Below, piece by piece: positions 11,935-24,651 of a DNA stretch of 64,000 nucleotides. Under the pieces are notes generated by a model, which was not told the origin of the DNA, did no database searches, and saw only the letters and a program-made list of their open reading frames with translations. How positions within the stretch are numbered: the stretch's first letter is position 1; each line of letters opens with the position of its first letter. Location: the NCBI GenBank assembly GCA_036785375.1, contig JAWMAR010000067.1, forward strand, positions 2,666,001 through 2,730,000, written 5' to 3'. A program made the position numbers and the translations under genes. The DNA is from Leucoraja ocellata (taxonomy: Eukaryota).

Positions 11935-12420
11935 GATGGCTGTATAAAATCAGGAAAGGAATAGATTGGGTGGAAACACAGAGTCTCGTGCAAGGAGTTG
12001 GGGAATGGAGAACCAGAGGTCAGAGGTTTAAGGTGAAGGGGGAAAGATATTATAGGAATCTGAGGGGTAACTTTTTCCGCAAAGTTTGGTGCGTGTATGG
12101 ATCGAGCTGCTGGAGGAGGTAGTTGAGGCAGGGACTATCGCAAGTACATGGATAGGACAAGTTTAGAGGGATATATGGTCAAAACACAGGTTTGTGTAGG
12201 CTTAGTGCAAATGGGTGCTTGATGGTTGACACAGGCATGCTGGACTCTTGTATAATTTATACTCTGTTTGCCAGACTTTCATAATTTCACAGGTTATAGG
12301 AGAAGAATTGGGCCACTCGGCCCATCAAGTCTACTCTGCCATTCAATCATGGCTGATCTATCTTTCCCTCAACCCCATTCTCTTGCCTTCTCCCCACAAC
12401 CCCTGACACCCTTACTAATC
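11935..12420. mobile_element. Two CR1 3' fragments (11935-12250 +, 12280-12420 -)
   Basis: agaaccagaggtcagaggtttaaggtg...ggaggaggtagttgaggcaggg, and the minus-strand tail cggcccatcaagtctactctgccattcaatcatggctgatc. Confidence 0.75.
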
Positions 12421-12894
12421 AAACTTTCTTGTTGAAGATTGTGTGCAGTAGCATTGAACGCACTTCAAGAGCCTTGTAGTGTGTGATGTATGTAGTGCAT
12501 GAAGTACATGGAACACATTAACACCAGCATGCTTTGTGAGAATTGCTGCTACACCAATAACTGCTTTTCCTGTGGAATGTTAACAGCAATATTCTGCACC
12601 AACCATTTGCTGACATCATTTCTATTTTGGAATCAACATAATGCAGCACATGGTTTGGAAACTTGCAAAAGACCTAACCCAGAAACTCCAATAAAACGTA
12701 CTGCTGGGGAAAGAATACATTTACTTCAAGCGCCAATGAGAATTTAATTTTGCATGAAAGCAAAGCTTTCTGACAGGCTAGTTAGTAGATGGTGCAAATA
12801 TGTAAAATCTTTCATGCCAAACATCGGGGAAACTTTTCCGTTGCTGATGATAACCTGTTGAATTAAATCACCTGACTTTAAAGATAAGAAGGGA

Positions 12895-13027
12895 TGTAGA
12901 ATAAGGAACTGCAGATGCTGGTTTATAAACAAAAAAGACACAATGCTGGAGTAACTCAGCGGGTCAGGCTGTATTCCTGGAGAACAAGGATAGGTGATGT
13001 TTTGGGTCAGGACCCTTCTTCAGACTT
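12895..13027 (-). mobile_element. Penelope-derived short element
   Basis: aaggaactgcagatgctgg...gagtaactcagcgggtcaggc...tgatgttttgggtcaggacccttcttcagact. Confidence 0.8.
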
Positions 13028-13281
13028 CTTCTTTCGTGCTCATCTTCCATGTTTCAAATGTGGACATCGCTGTCATCGTCCATCCTGAAAAGGACACAAG
13101 CTTCCGGCGACAATCAATGGGAGCCATCACTTGTTGCAATAGATGATAGTGGTAGCAGAATTAGCTCGGGATACTTCCAGTTTCCAGCCCCACAACAGGG
13201 ACGCTTCTGCTATGGGGCCTCTGCAGACTAAAAATGAAGAAGGTTGTAGACACAAGGAACAGCAGATGCTGGAGATCAATC

Positions 13282-14195
13282 AATGAGGATAAGGGACAAA
13301 TCATCCTCCACCATAATCCTCAACACTGGTGCTCTGCAAGGATATGTTTTCATCCCCCTTCTTTACTGCTTGTACACCCACAACTGTGCACCAATGCACC
13401 AATCTAATTCAATTTTCAAATTTGTGGACCACTCCACCATTGTGGACCAGATATCAAATAATGGTGAGACGGAGTACAGGAAGGAGATCGAGAACCTCGT
13501 GACCTGGTGTCAATCAATCAATCAATCAACCTTTATTGTCATCTTGCAAGCAACAGTTGACAGTGCAAAATAAAAAGACATTTCCCAGGGAATACCGGAG
13601 CATCGCACATGAAATTTAAAACATTTCACACATAATAACACTAAAAACAATCCAGTCCCTGATGGAACAGTATAAATAGGGACTGGATTGTTTTAGTCAA
13701 GACAACAACCTTTCTCTCAATGTCAGCAAGACAAAGGAGATAGTGATTGACATCAGGAAGTGAAGTGGTGCACACACTCCAGCTTTGACGCCGCTGAAGT
13801 AGAGAAGGTTGAAAATTTCAAATTCCTGGGAGTCAATATCACCAACGACTTCTCCTGGACCATATTGCGTCAGGCAAAGGGTATATAAGTGTGATAACGC
13901 ACACCTCCAGATTTGGGAACAGTTTCTTCCCAGCTGTTATCGGGCACCTGAATCATCCTTCTACAACCAGAGAGCAGTGCTGAACTACTATCTACCTCAT
14001 TGATGACCATCGGAATATTCTTGATCGGACTTTGCTGGCTCAACTTTGCACTAAACATTATTCCCTCATCATGTATCTATACACTGTGATGGCTTGATTG
14101 TAACCATGTACTTTATTGTCTTTCTGCTGACTGGATAAAACGCAACAAAAGCTTTTCACTATAATGGATACATGTGACAATAAACTGAACAGGAC
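13282..14195 (+). mobile_element. Rex1/Babar LINE 3' fragment, interrupted at about 13510-13696 by another LINE tail
   Basis: ORF SSTIILNTGALQGYVFIPLLYCLYTHNC...FKFVDHSTIV...ETEYRKEIENLVTWC (RT domains), resuming at caagacaacaacctttctctcaatgtcagc. Confidence 0.85.
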
Positions 14196-15038
14196 TGAAC
14201 TGGTTTACCAAGGAAAGACATAGAATACTAGAGTAACTCAACAGACCAGTGAACTTCCCTGAAGTATAAGTAGGTGATGTTATGTGTCGGAGCCTTCTTC
14301 AGACACCAAAGAAAAGAACAGGAGATTGATTTGCATTAACTGACACTTTTCATGGCCTCAGGCTGAGAGTGCATTGGATAATAGATCAATATCCAGTGGG
14401 TGGAGATGTTTGCTCACATCCCACCACGGCAGCTGAGAAGTTTAAATTCAACTTGCTATGTATATTTGGAATGAAAGACTAAGATCAGTAATGAACAGTT
14501 CTTAAAAATGACCTGTTTCATGATTTCCTCTTGCCACCTTCACTTAGTCTGTGACTCCAGACTCATCATTGTGGCTTGTTTTTATACAGATGTCTGAAGT
14601 GGCCCAGTAAAATAATCATGTCCACGTCTCATGGCCGAATAAAGATAAGGTCAAACAGTAGCTCTCGCTGTCAATGTAACACCTTTGAAGTTTAGTTGCT
14701 GTGGTTAAGTGGGAAATGCTGGCTGATTTGTGCACACAACACGTTTTCGCAAGCAGACAGGTGATGAGAGCACGTTCCCTTTCCAGCGCTGAAGGAAGGA
14801 TATAATATTGATTTGGACAATTTGGGATAAATCTCCAGTGAGAGCAGATGGAGCTCAGTTTAAAATCGGATCTAGAAGACGGTGCGATTACTTGCGGACG
14901 CAGCCCAGACCATCACTAAAACCAACCTAGGGAAAGAAAGACTGAGAGGCTTCTGACCCGATACGTCACCCATCCTTTTTCTCCAGAGATACTGCCTGAC
15001 ACACTTAGTTAATCCAGCTACTTTGGTGTAAACACAAA

Positions 15039-15480
15039 CAAACCAACCTCTCTTCCATTGACTCCATTTACACTTCACGCTGCCTTGACAAGGCCCCCAG
15101 CATAATCAAGGACATGTCTCAACCTGGACACTCCCTCTTCTTCCGTTCCTATCAGGCAAAAGGTACAGAAGCGTGAAAACGCACACCTCCAGATTTAGGA
15201 ACAGTTTCTTCCCAGCTGTTATCAGGCAATTGAACCATCCTACCAACAACTGGAGGGCAGGCCTGAGCTACCATCATCCTCATCGTAGACTTTCCGACTA
15301 TTTTTACTTGGACTTTCAGACTTTATCTTGCACTAAATGTTATACCTTTTATCTTATGTGTAAAATGTGGCCGGCTCGATTGTAATCATGTATAGTCTTT
15401 CAGCTGACTGGATTGCATGCACCAAAAAAGATTTTCACTGTACCTTGGTACACAGGATGACAAACTAAGCTAAACTCTAA
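15039..15480 (+). mobile_element. Rex1/Babar LINE 3' end fragment
   Basis: MKTHTSRFRNSFFPAVIRQLN followed by the typical 3' UTR and (CTAAA)n tail. Confidence 0.8.
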
Positions 15481-16122
15481 CAGTGTATTCGATCTTCAAA
15501 TTGTTACTGGAGTGTCAAAATCTAGATTTTTGTGTTATAAATCTCCAGCATGCAACCTGATCCTTAACCTCCTGATTCGGAAGTGAGAGTGTTGCTCACT
15601 AAACTGAGACACCATTGACATGATGGGCAAACCAGTCTCATTGTTGTTCCATTGAAATCTGTCCCTGACCCGCCCTGATGTAATGCAAGTAATAGCAGTG
15701 CCCATTCTATTCAGAACCGAATGATCCCAGTGCACCTGTGTGCAAGCATGAACATTAAGTGAGATTGACAATTGGAAGAAGATGTCACATCTAAAACCTC
15801 AGCTCTAACAACAACATGCAAAGTAGCTCCCTGAGATCCGCACAGCCCAGTGAATGCTTCGCTGAGGCATTTTTAAAATATATATCTCTCCTTGACTTCC
15901 TTGTTGGAGACTGTTCCACTTGCTCAGGTTCCTCAAAGAATAGGCATTGCCCACAAAGAAAATTGACAGTGATTGTTGACACCCTGGCAGGATAATCATG
16001 ACTGAATCTGACGTTGACAAAAGCAGTTTCATGCTTAACTCTTCCACCAGTGCAAACCCATAAGTCGTCATATAATGATCCCTTTATGGTACAGGTCTGC
16101 AATTGACATTATAAAAGAACTA

Positions 16123-16285
16123 CAGGTCGACCACTGATTTTCTGGCACCCTTGGGTCCAGAGCCTTTCTGGATTATCCGTTCTGCCGGACCAACAGAGGT
16201 CACGGCATTGGGGGCTGAGATACCAGCCTGCAAAGTCAGCTATGGGAAAGGATCTGCCGGCTCCAGCAGGGCTGGAGCTTTAATG
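16123..16285 (+). mobile_element. pogo/Tigger-like MITE, left part
   Basis: TA|CAGGTCGACCACTGATTTTCTGGCACCCTTGG, the same family as 40177-40500. Confidence 0.6.
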
Positions 16286-16299
16286 TCTCTTTCAAAATG

Positions 16300-16940
16300 T
16301 CCCCGAACAATTGGAGAGGATTCTGAGGGAAATGATATACTGTACATACATTTGGAAGGGGATGATTTGATTTGGGATAGTCGGCACAGTTTTGTGCGTG
16401 GGAGATCATGTCTTATGAATTTGATTGAGTCATTTGAAGAATTAATCAAGAAGGTTGATGAGGGCTGAGCTGTAGACGCAGTGGATATGGACCAGCTAGG
16501 TCTTTGATAAGGTTCTACCTGGAAGGCTGCTTTGGAAGGTTAGATCGCATGGGATCCAGGGAGAGCTAACTAACTGGATACAGAATTATGTCAATGGTAG
16601 GAACCAGAAGATGATGGTGGAACCTATTTTGAGAACTTGATTCCTGTGGCTAGAGGTATGCCTCTAGGGTCATCGCTGGTACTATTAGTCATCTACATGA
16701 ATGGTTTGGATGGGAACGGACAAGGCGTGATTGCTAAATGTTGCAGATGACACTAAAATAGCTGGTATCGTAGACAATGATTCCGAATTGCAGTGAGATC
16801 GTGATCAGCTGTGCAGGTGGGCTGAGGAATGGAAATGAGTGCAGAAGTTGGGACATTATGTTACAGTTGTACATGACAGTGGTGAGGTGGCACTTGGTAT
16901 GTTGGGCCAATGAGCCTGTTTCCAACCTGTATGAATCTGT
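16300..16940 (+). mobile_element. Old CR1 LINE RT fragment
   Basis: SRHSFVRGRSCLMNLIESFEELIKKVDEG resembles CR1 RT (SQHGF..GRSCLTNLIEFFE). Confidence 0.8.
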
Positions 16941-16977
16941 GCTACTATATCTTTATGTTTGAAATGTTGTCACCGAT

Positions 16978-18264
16978 GTAAGTAAGTAAGTAAGTAAGTA
17001 CGTTTATTGGCCAAGTACTCACATACAAGGAATTTGCCTTGATGCTCCGCCCACAAGTAACAACATGACATACAGTAACAGTTACGAATGACTCAGAAAA
17101 CACTAAACATTGATAATAATAAAACATTAATGATAAAACACCATTGATCAAGCATGTGAACCAACAAAATACCAAATCAAAGGGAGGCTACAGATTTTTG
17201 ACTGTTGAGTAGAGCAACTACTCGTGGATAAAAACGATTTTTATGTCTGACTGTGGCAGCTTTGACAGTCCGGAGTCGCCTTCCAGAGGGAAGTGATTCA
17301 AAGAGTTTGTGGCCAGAGTGAGAGGGGTCAGAGATGATCTTGCCTGCTCGCTTCTTGACCCTTGCAGTGTATAGTTTATAAATGGAGGGAAGGTTGCAGC
17401 CAATAACTTTCTCTGCTGAACGGACGATTCGCTGCAGCCTCCAGGTGTCGTGCTTGGTGGCTGAGCTAAACCAGACTATAATGGAGAAGGTGAGAACAGA
17501 CTCTACGATGGCCATGTAGAATTGGACCATCATTGCTCACCATTGGACCTCAGCTGCCGTAGGAAATACATCCTCTGTTGTGCCTTTTTGACTGTGGAGT
17601 TGATGGTAGCCCCCCACTTAAGGTCCTTGGAGATGATAATTCCCAGGAACTTAAAAGACTCCACAGATGTGACAGTGGTGTTGTTGACGGTGAGTGGGGT
17701 GAGGGAAGGGGGAGCTCTCCTAAAGTCTACAATCAATTCCACTGTCTTAAGACCATTGAGCTCCAGGCTGTTGCGATGGCACCAGGACGCCAGCTGTGAC
17801 ACTTCCTGTATGTAGGCAGATTCCTCCCCGTCCTGGATCAGTCCAATCAGGGTTGTGTCGTCTGCAAACTTGAGAAGCTTGACAGAGGTGTCTGTGGGGG
17901 TGCAGTCATTGGTGTAGATGAGTAGAGGAGAGGAGACAGTACGCAGCCTTACGGTGCTCCTATGCTGAGCATTTGCGGGTCTGATATGTGCTTTCCCAGA
18001 CTCACACGCTGCTTCCTGTCTGTCAGGAAGCTGGTGATCCACCGACAGAGGGGTTCAGGCACAGTCAACTCGGAAAGTTTGGAGTGTAGTAGCTCTGGCA
18101 CAATGTTGTTAAATGCAGAGCTAAAATCAACAAACAGGATCCTCGCATAGGTCCCCTGGCGGTCGAGGTGCTGTAGGATGAAGTGCAGGTCCAGGTTGAC
18201 TGCATCATTCATAGATCTATTGGCCCGATATGCAAACTGCATTGGGTCCAGCAGGAGGATTGTG
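16978..18264 (-). mobile_element. Rex1/Babar LINE, 5'-truncated, about 1.3 kb
   Basis: Frameshifted RT pieces MQFAYRANRS...ARILFVDFSSAFN, LLKFADDTTLIGLI, FYMAIVESVLTFSIIVWF, and a (TTAC)n 3' tail at 16978-17000. Confidence 0.93.
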
Positions 18265-18490
18265 CCCTAGAGAATAGCGGAACCGTAACTAAACTATTTG
18301 CTGCATCAGGGTCAAGGAACCATTGAATCATGCAGCAGAAAAATAGGCTCTTCGGCCCAGCACATCCTTGCCGGCCTTTTTTTCCCAGTGTTTTTGGAGG
18401 TCTATGCAGGAGATGCTTAGATCTGATGAATGAAGTTGCTTTTACCCTCTCTAGAGGTTTGGGGATTCTATTAGTGTTATGTCAATAGTT

Positions 18491-18866
18491 GGGGCAGCAC
18501 AGTAACACAGCGGTAGAGTTGCTGCCTTACAGCACCAGAGACGTGGGTTTGATCCTGACTACAGGTGCTGTCTGTGTGGAGTTTGTACATTCCCCCAATG
18601 ACTGCATGTGTTTTCTCCGGGTGTTCCGGTTTTCTCCCACATTTCAAAGAGGTGCAGGTTCGTAGTTTAATTGGCCTCGGTAAAATTGTAAATTGTCCCT
18701 AGTGTGCAGGACAATGCTAGTGTATGGGCTGATCACTGGTTGGCGTGGACTTGTTCAGATTCAGATTCAAGTTTAATTGTCATTGTCAGTGTACATTACA
18801 GAGACAACGAAATGCATTGTTGAGCTGAAGGACCTGTTTCAGTGCTTTATCTCTAAAGTCTAAACT
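18491..18866 (+). mobile_element. V-SINE with a small nested LINE-tail insert (about 18755-18820)
   Basis: Head gcagcacagtaacacagcggtagagttgctgcc, V-domain and tail. Confidence 0.85.
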
Positions 18867-18997
18867 GGGAAGAAGATTTGGGATGTTAACAGCTCAATTT
18901 CACTGTCTCCTTTGTCATAGGCAGACACTTTGAGGTGACAAAAAGCCCCACAGGACCTGTAGTAACTGCTTCTAATGCAATACATTAACGCTGTGGA

Positions 18998-19229
18998 TAA
19001 ACACAAAATGCTGTCGTAACTCAGTGGGTCAGGCAGCATCTCTGGAGAAAAAGGATGGGTGATGTTTCGTGTCGAGACCTTTCTTCAGATTGAAAGTCAA
19101 TCTGAATTCATGTCTCAACCCTAAATGTCACCTATTCCTTTTCTCCAGAGATGCTGCCTGATCTGCTGAGTTACAACAGCATTTTGTGTCTATCGTCGGA
19201 GGAAACCAGCATCTGCAGTTCCTACCTCC
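18998..19229. mobile_element. Head-to-head (fold-back) Penelope-derived short element
   Basis: Inverted pLTR arms flanked by the duplication tta(a/t)cgctgtgg. Confidence 0.75.
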
Positions 19230-19299
19230 ATGTTATCGCTGTGGTTCCCAGCTATACATCACAGCTCTATGAAATGTATTTTGGACTTAGCCCATATAG

Positions 19300-20145
19300 G
19301 ATAGAGTGAATGTGGAGAGGATGTTTCCACTAGTGGGAGAGTCTAGGACCAGAGGCCATAGCCTTAGAATAAAAGGACCTACCTTTAGCAAGGGGGCAAG
19401 AAGGAATTTCTCTCGTCAGAAGTTGATGAATCAGTGAAATTCATTGCCACAGACAACTGTGGAGGCCAAGTCAATCGATATTTTTAAGGTGGGAATTGAC
19501 AAATTCGTGATTAGTAAAGGGGCTGTCCCACTGCGGCGACCTAATTGGCGAGTTTCGAAGAGTTTAGGAGAGTTTGATAAAGTGTCATGTTAAAGACCTC
19601 CTTCGATTATGTTGAAGACTAGCTTCGACTATGTAGAAGACCACCTTCGACTTTGTTGAAGACTAGCTTCGACCAGCTTCGGGAAAATTGGACACCGAAT
19701 AGTGGAGAGTGAAGACGACTTCCTTTGATCTCCTTCGACCTCCCTTCGACTATGTTGAAGACTATCTACGACTACCTTCGATTACCCTCGATTACCTATG
19801 AATAACATGCCGACCTACTACGACCTACTTCAACTAAACCAATGAGTAAACAAATATCATTTTTTTTCCATGGCAACCTAGCTGTACATGGGGACCACTC
19901 TCGAGCATGAAGGAGAGTTACAAAGACCTCCTAGAACCTCGTGTCAACCATGCTGCAAGTATGAGTTGAGGGCAAACTCTTCTAAACTCGCCAATTAGGT
20001 CGCCGTAGTGGGACAGCCCCTTGAGGGTGTCGGGGGTTATGGGGCAAAGGCATGTGAATGGGGTTGAGCAGGAAAGATAGATCAGCGATGAATGAACGGT
20101 GAAATAGACTGGATGGGCTGAAATTCGTCTCCTAGAATTTGTGAA
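19300..20145 (+). mobile_element. CR1 3' fragment split by a Harbinger-like MITE
   Basis: gtggagaggatgtttccactagtgggagagtctaggacc..., continuing after 20024 with gggtgtcgggggttatggggc. Confidence 0.8.
19518..20021. mobile_element. PIF/Harbinger-like MITE
   Basis: About 38-bp TIRs AGGGGCTGTCCCACT(G/A)CGGCGACCTAATTGGCGAGTTT, 3-bp target TAA / TGA, and internal cttcgacta repeats. Confidence 0.85.
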
Positions 20146-20389
20146 CATTTTTCTCTGTCCCTTAAAGTTAATCCACTGAAAGCTCCTGGCTGGTCACAAG
20201 GACAAGAACTGTAAAAACAAAGAATAGTAGATGGCAATGTAGACAAAAGGACACAAAGTTCTTCCCGAAGGATCCCGACCCAAAATGTCACCTGTACACG
20301 TTGAAGAAGGGGCTCCTTTGGACTAAACCCAAAATGTCACCTATCATGTTCTCCAGAGATGCTGCCTGACCTGCTGAGTTACTCTAGTA

Positions 20390-20625
20390 CTTAGTTTAGT
20401 TTTGTTTAATCTCACATGTAACGAAGTACAAAGACAGGCTTTTTGTTGCGTGCTAACCAGTCAGCGGAAAGACAATACATGATTACAATCGAGCCATCCA
20501 CATGATAAAGGGAATAATGTTGAGTGCAAGATAAAGTCCAGCAATGTCTGATTAAAGATAGACCTAGTGTCTCCAGTGAGGTAGATAGTAGCTCAGGACC
20601 GCTCTTTAGTTGTTGATAAAATGTC
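20390..20625 (-). mobile_element. Rex1/Babar LINE 3' UTR fragment
   Basis: ttttgttgcgtgctaaccagtcagcggaaagacaatacatgattacaatcgagccatcc, a tail shared by many copies. Confidence 0.75.
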
Positions 20626-21004
20626 CTGATAAGTACTGTAAGATTACTGAATGTCACAGATTGTATCGAGGATGAATTCATTCATTGAACTGAATGCAAG
20701 GTGCAAAATGTGAGCAGCAGGATGGGTAATGTAATGTAGAGGAACACTCGGTGATTAGATGCCATTATATATTACATTCCAATGTTAATCAACAGGGCAT
20801 AATAGTTATGGAAATAAGCCTTCAAATCAGTGAACAAATGCATAGACATGGTAACTTTTCATGTAGGAGAAAAGCATTTCACAATCATTGGATTCCTCTT
20901 TGAGTTCAGTCACTGTTGATTGCTAGATGTCTGAAATAAAAATTGGAAATGCATTGTGCCACCGTAAGTATCTGAAACTGAAAGCGAGGTTTTAGCCTTT
21001 AAAC

Positions 21005-21297
21005 TGTAGACATTATTGATACTGCGCAGAAACAGGGTCTTTGGCCCACCAAATACGCTCTGACCAATGATCACCCCACACACAAGCACTATCCTACACA
21101 CTAGAGACAATTTACAATTTTAATGAAGCCAATTAACCTACAAACCTGCGCATATTTGAAGCATGGGGGGAAACCGGAGAAAACCCACATGGTCAAGGGA
21201 GAACGTACAAACTCCGTACAGACAACACCCGTGGCCAGGGTCAAACCCAGGTCTCTGGCACTGTAAGGCAGCAACTCTACCGCTGTGCCACAGTGCC
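21005..21297 (-). mobile_element. V-SINE
   Basis: Full head, V-domain and tail on the minus strand. Confidence 0.85.
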
Positions 21298-21919
21298 AGT
21301 CCTAAATGATAAATAAGGTTAATGATTCAAGTTTAAAATTTCATGCACATTCAATGAAGAAATCATCTAAAACTTGGATTTCCCCTCTTATCTTACATCG
21401 GAGGTTGGAGTATCAAAACTCAGGAAGCAAACAACATCTTTTAAAGAATGTCACTCATCACAATTCCACTGTCTATTCATTCTGTCACCTCTATTTAAGA
21501 CTGAATTACGGGAGCATTGACGCTTCATTGATTGAGACATTGTGCTGGGATGAAGCCCAGTCATAATCACAAACAATGCAAAAGCCCTCTGCGATTCGTT
21601 ATAGTAATGCATATTTTATGGTGAAGTGAATTGCACGCTTTTTGCAAATGGAATTAAATTGCCATCATTCAGAAAATTCTAATCACAATAAATAGCAAGC
21701 TATTATTGCAAAATTGTTATCGTGTGAAGCAGGCAACTTCAGACTACGCAGGGATATTTGCAGCGAGCTCGGTGCAGGGAGCAGAGATATAAATCAGTCG
21801 GAAAAGGGATTAAAAGGAGTTGAAGAGCAATTTCTTCACCCACGGAATGGTGGTTGTTAGCTCACTGCCTGAATTTGCAGGTGTGAGTCAAAAATCTGAA
21901 TCGCATTCACAAAGTATTC

Positions 21920-22515
21920 TGTTTCGGTTTAGGTTTCGTTATTGTAAAATGTACCCATGTACAGTGAAAAGCTTTGTTTTGCTTCCCATCCAAACCGATC
22001 CAACATAGATATAATCAGGTATAATCAGTTCGAACTCAATTAGAATAGTTAGAGCAAAGGGGAAGATACAGAGTGCAGAATATAGTTCTCAGCATTATGC
22101 ACTCTGTATCTTCCTCTTTGATCGACCGAGTTTAGTTTAGTTTAATTAGTTTATTGTCACATGTACTGAGTTTTTGTTGGATGCTATCCAGTCAGCAAAA
22201 AGACAGATACAGGATAATTCAGCTTATTGTCACATTTGTCTGAGGTACAGTGAAAAGCTTTATGTTGCATTACAATTGAGCCATCTGCAGTACACAGATA
22301 TTGGATAAAGGGAATAAAGTTTAGTGCAGGATAACGTCCAGTGAAGTGCAATAAAAGATAGTCCAAGGGCCTCCAATGAGGTAGATAGTAGGTCAGGACC
22401 GCTCTCTAGTTGGTGAGAGTATGGTTCAGTTGTCTGATAACGGCTGGGAAGAAACTGTCCCTGAATCTGCAGGTGTGCATTTTCACACTTCTATACCCTT
22501 TGCCTGATGGGAGCA
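21920..22515 (-). mobile_element. Stacked Rex1/Babar 3' fragments
   Basis: Repeated tttattgtcacatgtac...gaggtacagtgaaaagc tails, and ctgggaagaaactgtccctgaatctg (ORF C-terminus). Confidence 0.7.
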
Positions 22516-23074
22516 CATGCAGACCAATGTTGAAAATTTTACTTTATTGAAGCCTCCAGCAGTCTTGCTAGGGGTGTACTTAAAAACAAACGGTGCTGTG
22601 AGGAACAGGCTAAGAGGGTTGCTCTGCTCCTGTTAAATACATTTCTTACTGGATCCTGCAAAGTTTTCCAGATTTGTAAATCGAGTGAGCCTAACAACTG
22701 CCCCAGGCAATTAGATAGCACAGGAGAACCCCTGTTTTAGTCATATTATCAACTTATGACTGTTGAACACAGTATTTTCCCCATAAGCAAAGTGGCCAAG
22801 AAACTCTTTGGTTTAGATTCATGTTTATTATTGTCACATACCGAGGTACAGTGAAAAGCTTTGTTTTTGCATGTTATTGCAATCAAATTATTTTCTTGTA
22901 TTGTACTGTTTTGTAAATATGACCAAATCTCAGTTTAAACAGAAGGTTGCGTATTTGATGGCTTTATTTTTCCACAGTGCCTGATTATGTCTTGAACATA
23001 TACCAATACTTGTTCAATAAACTTGAGATGAATCACTTAAAAAATTTAAAAATACTAAACATAAAATTAAAACA

Positions 23075-23372
23075 GGCGGCCATGGCACAGTGGTAGAGAT
23101 GGAGCCTTACAGTATCAGATATCCCAGGTTCGATCCTGACCACGGGTGCTGTCTGTACGGAGTTAGTACGTTCGCCCTGTGGCAATGTGGATTTTCTCCG
23201 GATGTTCCGCCTTCCCCCCCATACCCCAAGGATGTACATGTTTGTAGGTTAATTGGCTTTGTTGTTGTAAAATTGCCCCTAGTGTGTAGAATAGTGCCAA
23301 TGTATGAGATGATCGCTGGTCGGTGCGGACTCAGTGGACCGAAGGTCCTGTTTCCATGCTGTATCTCCAAAG
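23075..23372 (+). mobile_element. V-SINE
   Basis: Head with box B ggttcgatcctg, V-domain and tail. Confidence 0.85.
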
Positions 23373-23524
23373 TTTATTATTGACACATGTACCGAGGTAC
23401 GGTGAAAAGCTTTGTTATGCATGCTATCCAATCAAATCAAATAATACTACATGTAAATGCAATCTAGCCAAACTCGTACAATGGGTAGAGTGAAGGGAAA
23501 GGTGCAGAGCACAGTATATAGCTC

Positions 23525-23699
23525 AGTTTTGAGATACAGAGCGGAAACAGGCCCTTCGGCCCATTGAGTCCATGCCGACCAGCCATCCCCGTACACTATC
23601 ACTATCCTACATACCAGGGACAGTTTACAATTTTTACAAAAGCCAAAATAACCAACAAACCTGCACGTCTTTGATTTATGGGAGGAATCCGGAGCACCC
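23525..23699 (-). mobile_element. V-SINE 3' half
   Basis: Tail gagatacagagcggaaacaggcccttcggccca and part of the V-domain. Confidence 0.8.
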
Positions 23700-24110
23700 T
23701 TGCATTCCTTCTCTCTCCATCCCTCCCCCACCTTAGTCATCCTACTTGTTGCACTGTCATCATGCTTAGTTTCACGGTTTAAAACTAGTTATCACCTTTT
23801 CCACAGCCAACAATTGACCATTGTGGGCTCCACCTTGATCATCGTTGCTGGCATTGATCTGTTCTTTTCATACATTTCCATTTATTTGTTTTTTGTACCT
23901 TTTCATACTTCTAGTTTCCCTCTCGCTTGACTCTCAGGCTGAAGAAGGATCTCGACCCAAAATGTCACCTGTTCCTTTTCTTCAGAGATGCTACCTGACT
24001 CGTTGAGTCACTTCAGCATTTTGTGTCTATCTTCGGTGTAAACCGGCATCTGCAGTTCTTTCCTGCACATTCCTGACTAGCTGAGTTACTCCAGCACTTT
24101 GTATTTTAGT
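23700..24110 (+). mobile_element. Penelope pLTR / 3' UTR fragment with decayed hammerhead
   Basis: Pyrimidine-rich 3' UTR followed by caggctgaagaaggatctcgacccaaaatgtcacctg and the conserved tail. Similar to 39200-39440 (minus) and 62230. Confidence 0.75.
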
Positions 24111-24651
24111 TATGGAGCATACGGTAGCTCTAAACTAAACTGATCTGCTGGAAGAATGGGAAGACGTACAACCTGTATCACCTCCACGTCAGTGAGAAGT
24201 CATTCCATCCTCAGTTACCACAGTGCGGCTGGCTGTCAATCGTTCTGTATGTACGCACGTGCAGGGCTTTGAGCTGATCCTCCGGATCTCCTGACCTCCC
24301 TAATGGTCAAGCTGCCAGTAAAGAGCCGAATTAGCACTGATAGCTCATCTCGTAAATACTAATGGTGTCCGAGCACAGAAATTTGCATTGGATAAGGGAG
24401 TGAAGCCACAGCCCTTGGCCCACTCACTGACGACTTGCTGAAAACTGAAACCACACTGCATCCAGGGGTCTCAGATATCTGTAGCCAAATGGTCATTCTT
24501 TGTGAGTCAACCCAGGCAGGGCACGTCACCGGAAGAAATGCACTGCCTCGGTACAGCAATTTACCTTCCAGTCTGCAAACCTTTTTGTATCATATATATT
24601 ACATCTCTTGCAGCTTAAGAAGGAATTAATGTTTTGTTTACTTTATTATTA

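Noticed and set aside
18491-18570. tRNA-like sequences (box A/B) at SINE heads
   Set aside because: They are V-SINE heads followed by a V-domain and LINE tail, and do not form a full cloverleaf, so they are not tRNA genes
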